Shown here: piece by piece, positions 1-12,655 of the stretch | Numbering within the stretch: position 1 is the first letter of the stretch | Layout: every line of letters starts with the position of its first letter | Assembly: GCA_001643675.2 (NCBI GenBank) | Contig: LSRY02000056.1 | Location: forward strand, 372,001 to 436,000 | Reading direction: 5' to 3' | DNA from: Monocercomonoides exilis PA203 | Taxonomy: Eukaryota > Protista > Preaxostyla | DNA: 64,000 nucleotides | Program-made: the position numbers and the translations under genes | Notes under the pieces: generated by a model | What the model saw: only the letters and a program-made list of their open reading frames with translations | Database searches by the model: none | Told to the model about the DNA's origin: nothing

Positions 1-535
1 TCCTGTGGAAGTCCTTACGAATTATTCAAAGTTATAATAATATTTAAAATTCAAGCAAACCAAAGAGACAATTAGATAAGCGCGTAAATTCGCGAAATAT
101 GCATTCGCTTGTCATTTCACAATCGAGTGGTTTATATTCATCCGGTTGTTGAAATTCTAGCGAACGCAGAAAATTCACTACTGGAATGAGAAGAAAGCAG
201 TCTTGGATTTTTGACAGAAACTGCTCTGGCTTAATTGCCTGTGAACTCAATTTCATTACCCATTTATAAACGGAAGCTTCTCTCCCAATAAACAAATGCA
301 TTAGAAGATCCTTTTGAAAAATAAAGAAAGTAAATGCATTTGATAAAAATTACAGATATTTTGAGCAAACTACATCTTGCTGCTCAGCATCTTCAAAGAA
401 GTTGCCCTCATCAATAAAATTGAGTTCATTCATTGATATTTCAGCACTTAAAGTGAAAGGTTCGTAGAATATGCGAAATGTTTCTCCCAAATACTCAATG
501 ATGATTCGACTGTAAACATTTATTTGAATTTCCAC
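1..535 (-). CDS. 5' part of a multi-exon hypothetical protein gene running off the left edge; start uncertain
   Basis: Two coding-like ORFs (350-535, 44-301) separated by a short AT-rich intron-like gap; no recognisable motif. Confidence 0.4.
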
Positions 536-654
536 AAATAATGTTTCATCTTAATCTGTGCAAAGTTATATACGAGAAAATGTTCAAAATAGCATTGTTA
601 TGCATTAAAAAAGGCATTTGTTATTTATTGATCGTATTCCACAATAAAATATAT

Positions 655-2033
655 ATGGAAGAAAAGATTGAGCAATTCGTCTCTGTAACGGGGCATTCAC
701 CAAGTGAAGCCCGAGCGTATATTAACGCTGCAAATGGAGATGTCGAGGTCTGTAAATTTTATTTATTATTTTCTTTATAATCATTATTTTTTGCTCTTAA
801 AGGAAGCCATATTACTCGCCTTGGATGCAGGCACTTCACAGGATAGACCGCCATCGAGCACGTCCTTAAGCAGTAACGAGTCATCGATGTATTTTCTTTG
901 CTATTTAACAAATTAAAGTGCTGGTTTTAAAAAATTTTTTTGTTATCAATTTTTGAGAAATTCGAGGCATAAATCAAGTAATGATCGTTCAAAACCTCAA
1001 AGTCGCTCTTCAATTCCAGCTGCTTCTCCAAGGCAAAGGTTTATTTATTTATTTAGCTGTTATTTAAACTTTTTTCAATTGCTTTTCTATTTCATAATTT
1101 TTGACAAAGAAACAAATCCATTCCTCACATTTACCCAACAAAACATACCCCAAAACAACCAACATCAGTGTATTTAACTATCTTCAATAACGGTTTTTCT
1201 ATCAACAATGGAGCTTTTTATTCAACCAATGATCCAGAAACAGGAAAATATCTAACAATTATTTCAAACGGGTTTAATAAATCTATATAATCATTGTTAG
1301 TACTTTCATATATTTTTAATTTAATTTTTTAGGCATATGCCAAAGGAATTGCTTCCGTCAGATCATGTTGGAGACGTGTCGCTTGTTGTGTTGGATAAAC
1401 GATCAGTCACATATTCACCTATTCTTTCCAACATTTCACAACAATCTCCTTCCTCATTTTCATCATCACCTCCAATTACAAGTTCTTCATCAATTCCAGA
1501 GCATTCTTCTTTGCCTTCTTCCCCAACTCCTACTTCATCATCATCATCTTCTTCTTCTTCTTCAACTTCTTTTCCAGTTCACGCAGTCAATTTGTCATTT
1601 CCAGAAACATCTTCTCCTCTTTCACTTCACCCTGCAAGCCCATCAGAACTTCATTCTCAAAAAAATCACGATTCAATTTCTTCTTCTCCGTCAATTTCTT
1701 CAGAAAAACAGTCTGATCATTCTCCTTCACAAGTTTCTTCCCCATCACTTGTCAATAGCATAACTGTGCAATGTCGTTTCGAAGAAGGGCAGGTTCAAAG
1801 ATTTGAATTTAACGAAGAAAGTACCCTTAAAGATTTAGAAAGAAAGGCAAAGTTTGTGATTTTCATTAGATTTAAAAGTTTACTGATTTTTTATCTTTAG
1901 ACAATTTCTTCAAGTTCAGTCTGTTGAATTAACACAGCCTTTCCCAAGGAAAATTTATCAACCAGAGGATATGGATAAGACATTAATTGAATTAAACTTA
2001 AAAAATGCTTCGGTTATTGTGAGAGGACTTTGA
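655..2033 (+). CDS. NSFL1C: p47/Shp1/NSFL1C-family p97 (Cdc48) adaptor with UBA, SEP and UBX domains, multi-exon
   Basis: UBA-like start MEEKIEQFVSVTGHSPSEARAYINAANGDVE; SEP exon near 1110-1271 (VYLTIFNNGFSINNGAFYSTNDPETGKYLTIISNG, continuing HMPKELL..VVLDKR); UBX C-terminus (ITVQCRFEEGQVQRFEFNEESTLKDL..QPFPRK..LNLKNASVIVRGL*); TGA at 2031-2033. Confidence 0.85.
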
Positions 2034-2189
2034 ATCTGAAATTTTTGAATTGTATTTATATTTTTATTAAGGGACTTATCCCACAACAAATCATATCAAT
2101 AAAAAATTACTGTTTGTTCTCTTTTTAACGACATATGTTTTGCGTAACTCGGTGCTGTAATCATTTAATTTACTAAATACTAATTTAGA

Positions 2190-2606
2190 ATGGCAAAACC
2201 ACTTGCTCAATCGCTTGAAGCCATGATTGACAATGAAACACTTCATGACGTTAGTGTTACTCAAACAGACTTGTTTGTTATATTTTGAGATATATACTTG
2301 TGATTCCCTTCGTTTTTATGTTTGTTAGACTTAAAAAGATGTCAGAAATGAATGCTAGATTGGAAAGATTTTGCGCAGAATCTGATCATAAGCTGGCGCC
2401 AGCACAGGCTGCATGCACATCATATATTGCTTCAATGAAAACCATTTCACAAGATTTATCTAACATATTTACAAGAGTGAGGTTTGCATTTATATTATGA
2501 GTCTTTTTTTAATCTGTATTGATTATGAAGGACTTTGAGGAAATTGCTTCATCAAAAATATCCAAGTATTTGTCCGGATTTTGAAGAACAGAAAGCGCCT
2601 TCATAA
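2190..2606 (+). CDS. KXD1: KxDL-motif protein (KXD1/BORCS4-like), 3 exons
   Basis: Spliced translation MAKPLAQSLEAMIDNETLHDVSVTQ..LKKMSEMNARLERFCAESDHKL..SMKTISQDLSNIFTRVRTLRKLLHQKYP resembles the KxDL coiled-coil C-terminus (DLxxIFxRxRxL); TAA at 2604-2606. Confidence 0.7.
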
Positions 2607-2703
2607 TAATGAGAGTTATTTCTATTCCATGTCATATGTCTTCATCTTTCACTTTTCAATTTTTATTTAAAAAAAAGATCATAATAACATTTATCAAAAC
2701 AAT

Positions 2704-5700
2704 CTACTCATCAAAACTAAAAAAATGGAAAAGCTTTGACATCTTTTCCTTTTCAAAAAGGAAAGTTTGTTGCGCATAAGTTAATGCTTTTTCAATATTT
2801 TCCATGGATGTCTGAAACTGTTTTATAAGTGATTCGCTGACTGGTATTTCTGGACCACCATGAAGTTCTATGGATTTGTCAAACGGCACAACTGCATTTT
2901 GTTTGGTGTGAAGTGTGTGTGATGAATTAATCGAAGAGGAAGTTAGTTGAGATGAATGAAGTGATTTCTGATGTGTAAATGCAGATTGAAGGGAAGGAAT
3001 AATTGGTGAATGAAGATGCGAAGAATCGAAAGCTGAAAGTTGGGATGGATGTGGAGACAGAGAAAGAGGAGGGGTTGCACGAAGTTGTGCTTCTGAAAGC
3101 TCGTCAATCCGCCTTGTAACTCGGCCAAGTGGTGTTGTCATGTTACTCTTTTTTGATTCATGAAGTGTCTCTTCTTCATTCAAACCATCTTTCATTTTTT
3201 CTTCGCCTTCTTCAGCATCAGATGGTTCATTTTCAGCAGAACTTGCATTCATTTCATTCTCCTTTTCCTTCTTCCCTTTCTTTTTCTTATCCTTTTCCTT
3301 GTCTTTTTCCTTATCTTTTTTCTTAACTTTGTCTTTCAGTTTCATTTTTGCTTCCTCTTTTTGGACAAATTCCCTGTCTCCCTGAACAAGCAATGCTATG
3401 CTCACTTTTGGTGCCTGCTTTTCGACTCGTAATCTCTTTCTCGATCTTTCCTCTTCCTCTTCGCTTTCAGTTTCTTCCTTCTTTGCATTTTTTGTTTTTT
3501 GATCCTTTTTTCTTTTATTCTTTGCCTCACTTGGAGAAAAATCGTCATCAAATGAATCATCTACTCCAGGCGGTACAAGCACAACCTCTTTCATTCTCGG
3601 CCTTTTTCTCTTGGGAACAAGCAAAATAGGATGTAACCGTTCTCCAAGTTCTGAATTCATATCAGTCTTTTCTTTGCTTTTCTGATTGGCTGTTTTGCTA
3701 ACTGACCCTTTTAAATAATCGTTCTCACTCAATTTCTTTGACTTTCTTTCTTTGATTTTTTGTTTGGATTCTTCTTCATTGTCATCATCTTCTTCTTCCT
3801 TCTTTGCCTCATCAGACTCCTCACTACCGTTATTTGAATGATTTCGTGTTGACACAGTCGATTTCAGTGAATAAGGCTTTCTTTTTGATTGAGCTTTGGC
3901 TTTTGTCTTAGCTTTGGCTTTAGATTTTGCATTTTCCTTCTCTTTCACATTAACATTTGCTTTAGACGATCCCTTTGGCCTTCCTCTGGGCCTTTTGCTT
4001 TTTTGGCTTTCAACTTCATCAAGTCCTTTTTCTTCATTTTTCTTTTCTTCTTGTTCTTCTTCCACTTTTTCCTTTTGTTGCCTCTTCTTTGCATATTTTC
4101 GTTTCTGAATTTTGTTTCTTTCTTCTTCCTCCTCTTCCTCCTCTTCCTCTTTCCCATTATCTGAACTTTTTTCATTTTCTCTATTTTCTCTCTTTATCTC
4201 ATCCTGTTTTGGCTCAAATGCTCTCAAAACAGGGCGACGTGGCTCAAATGAAGGTGTTTGTGAGAATGTTGATGCAACTGCAACACTTTGCTTGACTGAA
4301 GAAAACGCAGATACAGAAGAAATTGGAGGAGATGAAGGTGGAGCTGGAAGAAAAGAAGAGTTAAAATGAGTTGACGGCTTTTGATCAGTACTTGTTTCTT
4401 CGTTTTCATGCTGAGTCTCTGAGTGTACAGCTAGTTTATCAATCGAAGAAGTATAATTATTGCTTTTCTCATTTGAAATATCGATCTCTTTGTCTTCACT
4501 CTCTTTGTCATCTTTGTCAGACCGAGCAAATTCTCTTCTTTCTTTTTCGCCCTCTTCTGACAACTCCTCTTTTTCATTCCTCTTTTCTATTTTTTCATTT
4601 GAAATGTCATTTTTATCTTTCTCTGCTGTTTTGTTCGGCAGCATCTCTTTCTTCTTTCTCCTGGAAAATCTTGGTTGTTCTTCTTTTTCTTCTTCTTTTC
4701 CTTGTCTTTCCTGCCTCGTTTGCCCCTTCTGCCTTGAATAATCTGCATTCATTCCTTTTGCCACAGATTTAACAGACTTAAATGAAGCTGAGCCTGAATT
4801 CATTGAAGTTTGCGTTCTTGGCACAATAACTGGCTGTTTTGGCTGAAACTGCTGTGAAAGTGTGTTTAATTGAGCAAAACGCTGTGAAAGGGAAGCAGGC
4901 AGAGCAGCTGACTGCTTCGTCGTTGGCTCGTCTTTGAGAATGTTCACTTGAATGGACGTTGATGCTGCATCGTCATCATCATCATCTTCTTCTTCCTCTT
5001 CCTCTTCATCGTATTCTTCTTCTTTATCTCCTTTTGCCCCTTCAAATTTTCTGATTCCTGTTTGATTGTTGACATCTTCTTTATCGTTTCTGCCATAGTT
5101 CGCTCCTTCTTGCTCCATTCTGCTCAATTCATTGTAGTGATCGATTTCTTGTGAAAGCGAGTTCAATGAAGAAGAGGAAAGAGAAGAAGAATCAGCAGAA
5201 GAAAGAGAAAACTGCGAGTGAAGCGAAGAAAGCGACAGAAATGAAGGAGACTGCGGTGGATAGGATGGGAGAATGAAAGGTAGTTGAGCCGAGCTTCGAT
5301 TCAGCTGTGAGGCTGAAGAGGAATTAAAAGAATCGAGTGAAAGATGAGAAGGTGAAGGAGGAGGTGGTGGAAGAGGAGGCAGAGGAAACTCCGTATGTGG
5401 TGGAAGAAACTCGAGAGAAGATGCTTTGGAGACCTTTACACGAAGGTGTGGCCTGTTGAGTGATTGAGGAAAGGGCAAATGAAGTGAAGATGGAAGAACA
5501 GATAAAGCAGCATCTGTTCCGGTTGTTGGCTGTGATGATGAAGAAGGCAGGGGAGAAGCAAAAGATGAGAATGAAGATGAGAATTGTGTGTCCAGCTGCG
5601 ATTGCTGCATCATAAGTGATTGTGTTGATTGAAACTCCTCTTCATTTTCATTTTCCTTTTCATTTTCAGTCTCTTTTTCATTCACTCTTTCGTTCTCTTT

Positions 5701-7991
5701 GTCATTTTCCTGTTGACTAAGTTTTGGAACTGTTTGCACCTGCTTCGTTTTGAATGCTTGGCTCATCACAGTTTGCAAAATGGCTGCTGCAGATTTTTTT
5801 GGCTTAGAAGTTCGAGACGATTTATCAAAAGAAGAGGATGGCTTATTCTTTCCTTTCATTGCTCCTTTCTCTTCTTCTCCTTCTTCTCCTTCCTCTTCCT
5901 CTTCCTCTTCTTCCTCTTTTGTTGTCACCTTCACGTCGTCCATCGCCTTCCACATCGGCATCACCCGCTGGACAAACAGCCCAAACTCGCTCTTCCTCAC
6001 AAACTCAATCAGAAGACAGTTTCCTTCGTCTTCCATCTTCTTCTCAACACTTTCAGATGTGTTTCTTCTCTTTGCTTTTTCTTCTGCCTCTTCTTTTCTC
6101 CTCTCACCAGATGCATTTCCAGAAGCAGTGCCTGCACGAGCACCTCCTTCTTTCTCTTCTTCTCCCACATCCTCTTCGTCATCTCCTTCTCCATCATCTG
6201 CGCTTCCTCTCAGAAACAGACTCACAATCTGCGGAGGATAGCGCCTCTCCTTCAGCCAAATGAGCACCTTTCTCCGCTTCTCGTCTGCCACACACTTCTT
6301 CATCTGCCTCTTCCGCTCAATTGTGCAGCCGTGCTGAAGGCTGTCGCGACGCGTGGGGAAAGAAAGAGTGATCGAATATTTGCCCATCGTCACTTCCACA
6401 CCGCCAAAGGATTTGCGGGGAAAGACAAGGACACTGTGGAATAGAAAGATGCTGGTTTAAAAAGAAGAATTGATAAAATAAAGAAAAGAAAAGAAAGAAA
6501 AGAAAAGAACGTTAGAAAATTGAAAGATATATCAAATGATTTTTGAATAGAGGTAAAAATATGTTTGATTTCACAAAAATAATTAAAAATATTTGTATTT
6601 TCGTTGATTAAAAATTTTAAATACGCAAAATAAAATAGCATCACACTTTCTTTCTTCAGCTAGAGATGGATGTGTGTTGAGGATGTTCAGAAACGACGCA
6701 ATATCCTTGTAATTACCATATGGAAAATGGAAAAAAAATTTAACAGTGTTATTCGTTCGTTATAAAAAGAGACGCATTTGCAAATAAAGAATGTCAATGC
6801 ATTTTTCAAGTATCAAAGTTTTAATAAGATTTGAGCAGAAAAAAAAAGAAAGAAAACCTTTTCAAGAGAATCTGTTTGCATCAACGAAAATGCGTCAACA
6901 AGAGACGAGTCATTCACCATTTCAATCAAAACTTTCTTTACTTCAGCTTGAAACTGCTTATGTTGTAAATTCAACGAAGAAAGATCGCTTGATTCAGTAC
7001 TTGACACAAACAGCAAATGTGTCAGCTTCAAAACAAGAGTTTGCAAGCGATAATCACCTATCTTATGGAGCTGAGGAAGAATGCTCAGAAGAGTATTTTC
7101 AATAGTTGCTGAATATGATGGAAGTGTCTTTGAAGAAATTGATGATACTGTCGATGTTGCAGGAGTAACTGACTTAATGATTAGCTCTTAATAAAATTTT
7201 TAAAAAAAATCATAACGAAACAACAAAATGGAATCAGAAAAATTCAAAGAGTATCAAAAATACCAATGGCCAATATGCGAAGATACATGGAATGTGATTC
7301 AACCAAAAAGATTCTAAAGAGGCGTGGAATAATCATTGCCAACTTTGATCGATGATACTCATATTCGAATAGCTGTGAATAAGTGTATATCATTTCACGT
7401 AAAAATAAAGAATAGCCAGGATTTTGATTTTCTTCTGCAGTTCCCCAAGCGAGAAACAATGTTTGCTGGGCAGATTGCGCAATGAGTCGATCTGCTAACT
7501 GTTTTTCTTGAGCAATAACTTGATAAACTTGAAGGATGACACAAGAAAGTGAATAATTTCCATTTTTAACGCTCTCAAATGACAAAGGAAATGTAATATA
7601 CATAAATTTTTTAAAAAAATCAACCTTCATTAAGTAATCACCAATCTTCATGCCTATTGCAGAATTATAAACAGATAAATCAGGTTTTAAAAGCCATGTT
7701 TCTAGCAATCTTTTCTAAAAATAATATGCCTTTTAGAAATTTTAAAATATTAGCTTGTATTCAACAAACAATAACTGGCTGCGTTGAACCTCGCAAAAAT
7801 ATATCAGAAAGAGACATAATGAGCAATTGTATTTGAGGGGAAAAAATGAAATTTCCATTTTTCTGATACTGTAGAAGATACTGTAAATTATTTATTTGTT
7901 TTGTTTTTCACATTTTCTGAGCTTATATATTGTAGTTTGCTAAAAATATTAAAAATTACAGAGTAAAAAATGAAGATAAAGTACCTTGCAT
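2704..7991 (-). CDS. Large multi-exon protein, probably SYCP2/Red1-type axis protein: helical ARM-like and PH-like N-terminus, long disordered region with an AT-hook, short C-terminal helix; 5' end uncertain (about 7860-8400)
   Basis: Exons at about 7250-7715, 6858-7190, 6648-6705 and 2704-6451 splice to ..LHKIGDYRLQTLVL..AFSLMQTDSLEKDIASFLNILNTHPSLAEERNIFLF..VEVTMGKYSITLSF.., which resembles the SYCP2 N-terminal region as I recall it; AT-hook KRPRGRPKG near 3970-4000. Confidence 0.55.
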
Positions 7992-8572
7992 TTATTTTTC
8001 TCTGTTTAACGTAGAGATTCATGAAAAATAACAAAAATTGTCGGTGACAAAAATTGATTTGGGAGTGTTTATCTTTTTAGAATTATTTCTTCTCTTTTTG
8101 AAAGCAATTCAACGAAGGATATAAAAAATGTTCGACATAAGTGATTGTGGCAAATCAATTTTCAAGATGCAAAAAGCAAATTTCCTAACTTTTTCTAAAA
8201 TTTAAGTTGTCAAGAATTTTCAATAAACTCACAAAAAAAGAAAAATACTTTCAAAGATGTCATCTGTTTCAATACCTTGTAACTCTGAGGGAGAAAGAAA
8301 TACATAATGAGAAAAAAATAGAATAATCATCATGAATTTACAGCAATCATTCAAAAATTGTTTCAGTGATGTGAAATATCAACACTTTATTTCCTGGTAT
8401 CATAAGATTTTGCTTTCGTTAATTTAGAAGATAAAGAATGAGTCGTTAGTTGTTCTTGAGTTGAATCAAGTAGGGAAGGATTTAACAAAAAAGCTGAATG
8501 TACACTGTCTATTTCACCGCTTCTTTCTGCCTCTCTCATCTTTCTGTACTTATCTCCTTCTCTCAGGCCGTG

Positions 8573-11500
8573 TTATTGTTCTTTTGCTTGTGCATCTGCT
8601 GCTCTGTGACTTTTGTGCACGCGAGGCGCTTCTTCTTCGTCTTCATCGTCTGAACACAGTAAAATTCCTCCTGTTGTTGCTCTTCTAATCCTTTCCTTCT
8701 CTTTCTCTTTTTCCCGCTCTGCCTGCTGCTCCTTCTTTTCTCTCTTCTTTTGTTCTCTCAGCTTCTCTTTCTCTCTTTCCTTCTCTTTCTCTTTGTCCTT
8801 CTCTCCTTCTCCCTGCTCTCCCTTCTTCGACGAGTGCGAGTGCTCCTTGTGGCGATGATGCTCCTTTTTGTGTTTGTGTTCTCTTTCACCGTCTGCACCG
8901 CTGTGCTCACCTGTTCTGTGATGATGATGCTCTTTCGCCTCTCCACTCGCTTGCTTGCTGGACACATTGGACGTTGCCTGTTCAGTTGCCAACAATGCTG
9001 CTGCGGCATCAGCAGATGACTGGGTGAGTTCTTGTGCTTGGATGGCTGGAGATGAGTTCACTGACTGTGCCGATGGTGTTCCTGCAATGGCTCTTGTGGA
9101 TGTGCTGTCAGCAGCCAGCAGAGAAGGAGAAGATGTGTTGGAGGCAGCAAGAGGATTGACTGCAGCAGATACGGTTGAAGATGACGGGGCTGAATACATC
9201 TGGGGAGAGGAAGCAGGGAAAGCATTGACTTGAGTAAGATAAGAGGTGTTTGAAGCATCAGATGGGTGTGGAATGGCAGAAGAAGGTGGATTGGAGTAGA
9301 GTGTGGCAGATGGCTGGAGAGATGGCACAGATGAGACATCTTGTGGCAGATACGCTTGTTGTTGCTGCTGCTGCTGTTGTTGTTGAATCATTGGCTGTCT
9401 CTGCTGTTGCATCGGAATGAAGGCAGGGGAAGCAGACGATGGAGCAGAAGACATCATCGAGGTGTTCATCATCTGCATGTTCTGAATATTCTGCATGTTT
9501 TGCATGTTTTGTGTTGATGCTGGGTAGTTCTGTCCAGTTGCAGAGTATGTAGACACAGGGGCAAACGAGGAAGAGGATGCAGAAAGAGAGGCGGATGCTG
9601 ACAGATCGGGCTGTTGAAGGGAAGCAGTGTTCATTGAGGGTGACTTGGACATTTGCTGTGTGGGATAATGAGACATCTGCTGTGGTACTGCTTGTGAGGA
9701 CTGAATGTATTGTGGCTGCTGGGGAGTGCTCATTGATGATGATGATGTCAGCTTCGGAGCAGTTGACTGTGGAAAGGAAGAAGATGAGGAAGATGAGGAA
9801 GAAGAAGAAGAAGATGATGATGATGATGATGATGAAGATGAAGACGAAGAAGAAGTCTTCGCAGCCTTGTTGAAGCTTCCTGTCATCTGGAACGGGGTAG
9901 CATTTGCCGAAAGGGTTGCCAGTTTGTTCTTTGATTTGGGGACGAAAGTAGGAGCAGTGATAGACAGCTCTGTTTTGTGCTGCAGCTTCGACTTTGGAGT
10001 GAATGACGGGGCAGATGTGCTGAGTGTGATGGACACAGTGTGGGCGAGACCGATGTTGGCTGTTGTGGTCGACGTGAGGGTGGGGAGAGGAGCTGTGCTG
10101 TGCAACGAGGCATCAGCTGGCAATGTAAGTGAAGATGAAGATGGTGTTGTTGTTGTTGTTGTTGTTGTTGTGAATGGCGCTGCCACTGTTGTTGTTGATG
10201 ATGATGATGATGATGCAGTTGAGGGAGCAGCCATTGAAGTAGGAACAGATGTCTGTAGCGCTGCCTGTGAAGGCATACCAGAAACACCATAAGCTCCTGG
10301 TGTGGACAGAAGCGAGGCAGATGCAGCAGGTGGAGATATAACAGGAGAAGGCGTGGAAAAAGGAGGCTGTGCTGCATTCATCGCATTCTGAGGCAAGTTC
10401 AGCATTCCAGGCATCGGTGCTTGAGCAGGATACGCTGGATATGCAAGGACAGAAGAAGCAGGGGCAGAAGTAGAAGAGGCAGAGGAAACAGAAGAAGAGG
10501 AAGGAGAAGGTGAAACAGACGAAGGATGCTGTGCAGACGAACCTCCGGGAACTGTGTATGACAGCACCTGCTGGCGAGGAAGCTGTTGTGGCAGCTGGGA
10601 AGAATAGTGGAGTGCACCTGGATATACGATTTGTTCAGATGCAAGAGGAGGTGGCAAGAGCCCAGGTGACTGCGACATTGTATTCTGTTTGCGGGGCATC
10701 TTTTGTGAATACTGCTGCTGCTGCTGCTGTTGTTGTGGTTGATAATCTGAGCGATAGTACTTCTGCTGCATGGCTGATGGTGGCATCTGGCCGAGCAGCG
10801 AGTCTCCACCGTGTGAGGGCACACCTGTGAGTGGCTGGACACCGGCAGAGTGGTAGCTCTGCTGCTGGTTCTGCTGCAAGTAGAGTGCAGGAGACGGAGA
10901 TGGCGAATGGGCAGACTGCTGTCCGCCAGCCATCCCGTTTGTGTTTGTTGCTGGGAGTGTCAATGAGCCAGTCGCAGGAGACAAGAGGGGCTTGGGAGAG
11001 TAGTGTCCGTTGATGAGCATCGGATCGGTGGAGATCATCGGCTGGTTGGGCGGCTGTGAGAGCAGATGCGCAGAAGGAGTGGTGGGAGAGGAAGATGCAG
11101 GGGAAGGTGTTGGCGATGACGTGTGAGATGAAAGAGAGGCTGAGGAAACAGAAGGGGAATGAGATGGCTGGAACGAGCTGGCAGGAGAAGGGGCAGGATA
11201 CAGCGGCGCCGATGCTGATGCCGATGCATTCGACACAAGTGTGGACATTGGAGAAGGCGAAGCATTCATCCCTGTGTCTGCTGCTCCGTTCTCGCCAGCG
11301 TGCTCGTCGCGGCTTTTCTCTTTGCCGTTCGCTGCCCGTTTGTTGGGCTTTCTGCGCTGGTCGTTCTGCTCAGCCACAGCTGACTCAGAAGACTCTGGGT
11401 TTTCTTCTGCTTGCGCTTTGTTTTCCTTATTTTCTCTGTTTTCTTTGTTTTCTTTGTTGAGCTTCTTCTTCTTCTCTTCCTCTTCTTTCTTCTGCTTCTT

Positions 11501-12600
11501 CTTCTTTGCGAACGGCGTCTCCTCTTTCGACTGGCTAACATCGCCATGTACAATTGTCTTCTCTGGAAGAGGCTTCGACGACTTCATCTCCGCTGAGAAA
11601 GTTTCTCCGTTCGTCGAAATGGTAAACGTGAACGTCTTTTGCGCAGATGACGAAGAAGATGCTGATGAACTTTTGTCACTTGGACTTCCGACAGGCGAAC
11701 CTGAAGGAGATGGTGATGGAGACGGGGTGTATGTCATTGGCGATTGTTTCTGGTTCTGTTGCTGTCTCTGCTGCCCAGATGGACGGCGGAGTATGTCGAT
11801 TTTCCCTTTTCCCATCCTGTCTTGCTTTGATTGTTGCCTTCTTTGTTCAGTTTGATGAGCTGAAGAATAAAGCTCTTCCTCATTAAAATCCATTTCTTTT
11901 ATTTGACCTCGATCTTCAGCAACAAAACGATTATGCGTAACTTCTCTTTGAATTTCATTAGCAATTTTATCAGCTGTTTTTATATCATCCCGTGTTACAG
12001 TTTCTGGGATAAGAGGAGCATACAATTTTTCATCGTATGTTGTTTTTAATGCAAAACGTTCTTCATTAACTTTAAACTGATCCCAAGAAAGTTCAGCTTT
12101 GTTTTGCAAAGATCCATATTTTTTGTCAAGTGATGCAGCATCTGTTGTTGAAAAGAATGAAACAAGCTCGCGCTCACCAAATTTATCACCACGACCATCC
12201 GTCAACTCAGTATCGGTAAATGCTTTCTTTTTTGAATTTGGAGGGACAAGGCTTACAGAAGAAAACACAAGTTGGCCAACATCTGCTTTTTTAAATTTTT
12301 TCTTTGTGACAGGCTGGCCTAATGGAGTCTTTGAAATATCTGTAACCATTGCCAGCTCATATTCATCAGAATTCTTTTGTGCATTTGCCTTAAATACGCC
12401 AATGTATTTGGTTCCGTTCAATAGCCTTAACTCAACAATTTGACCTGCCATCAATCGCTGAGCAAAATAAAAACGATCGTTTAACGATGTATCCTCCAAA
12501 GGCTCCAATCCCCTGATAAAAAATGAAGAATTTCATATAAAACAAGAAAATATTTAATTTAATACAACCTTGGTGACGGGCTTGATGACGGATGGCTCAT
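8573..12600 (-). CDS. ATXN2: Ataxin-2/Pbp1 homolog (LSm, LsmAD, PAM2 motifs, long Q/S/P-rich tail), 2 exons
   Basis: LSm segment DRFYFAQRLMAGQIVELRLLNGTKYIGVF; AFTDTEL; ERELV; LsmAD segment SWDQFKVNEERFALKTTYDEKLY; PAM2-like LSTSAPSFTP and LSITAPTFVP; exon 1 12600-12569 and intron 12568-12513 splice in frame. Confidence 0.9.
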
Positions 12601-12655
12601 AATATAGATCTTGCACCAATTGCAATCGATCAATTACCCAATACATTTTTCACAA

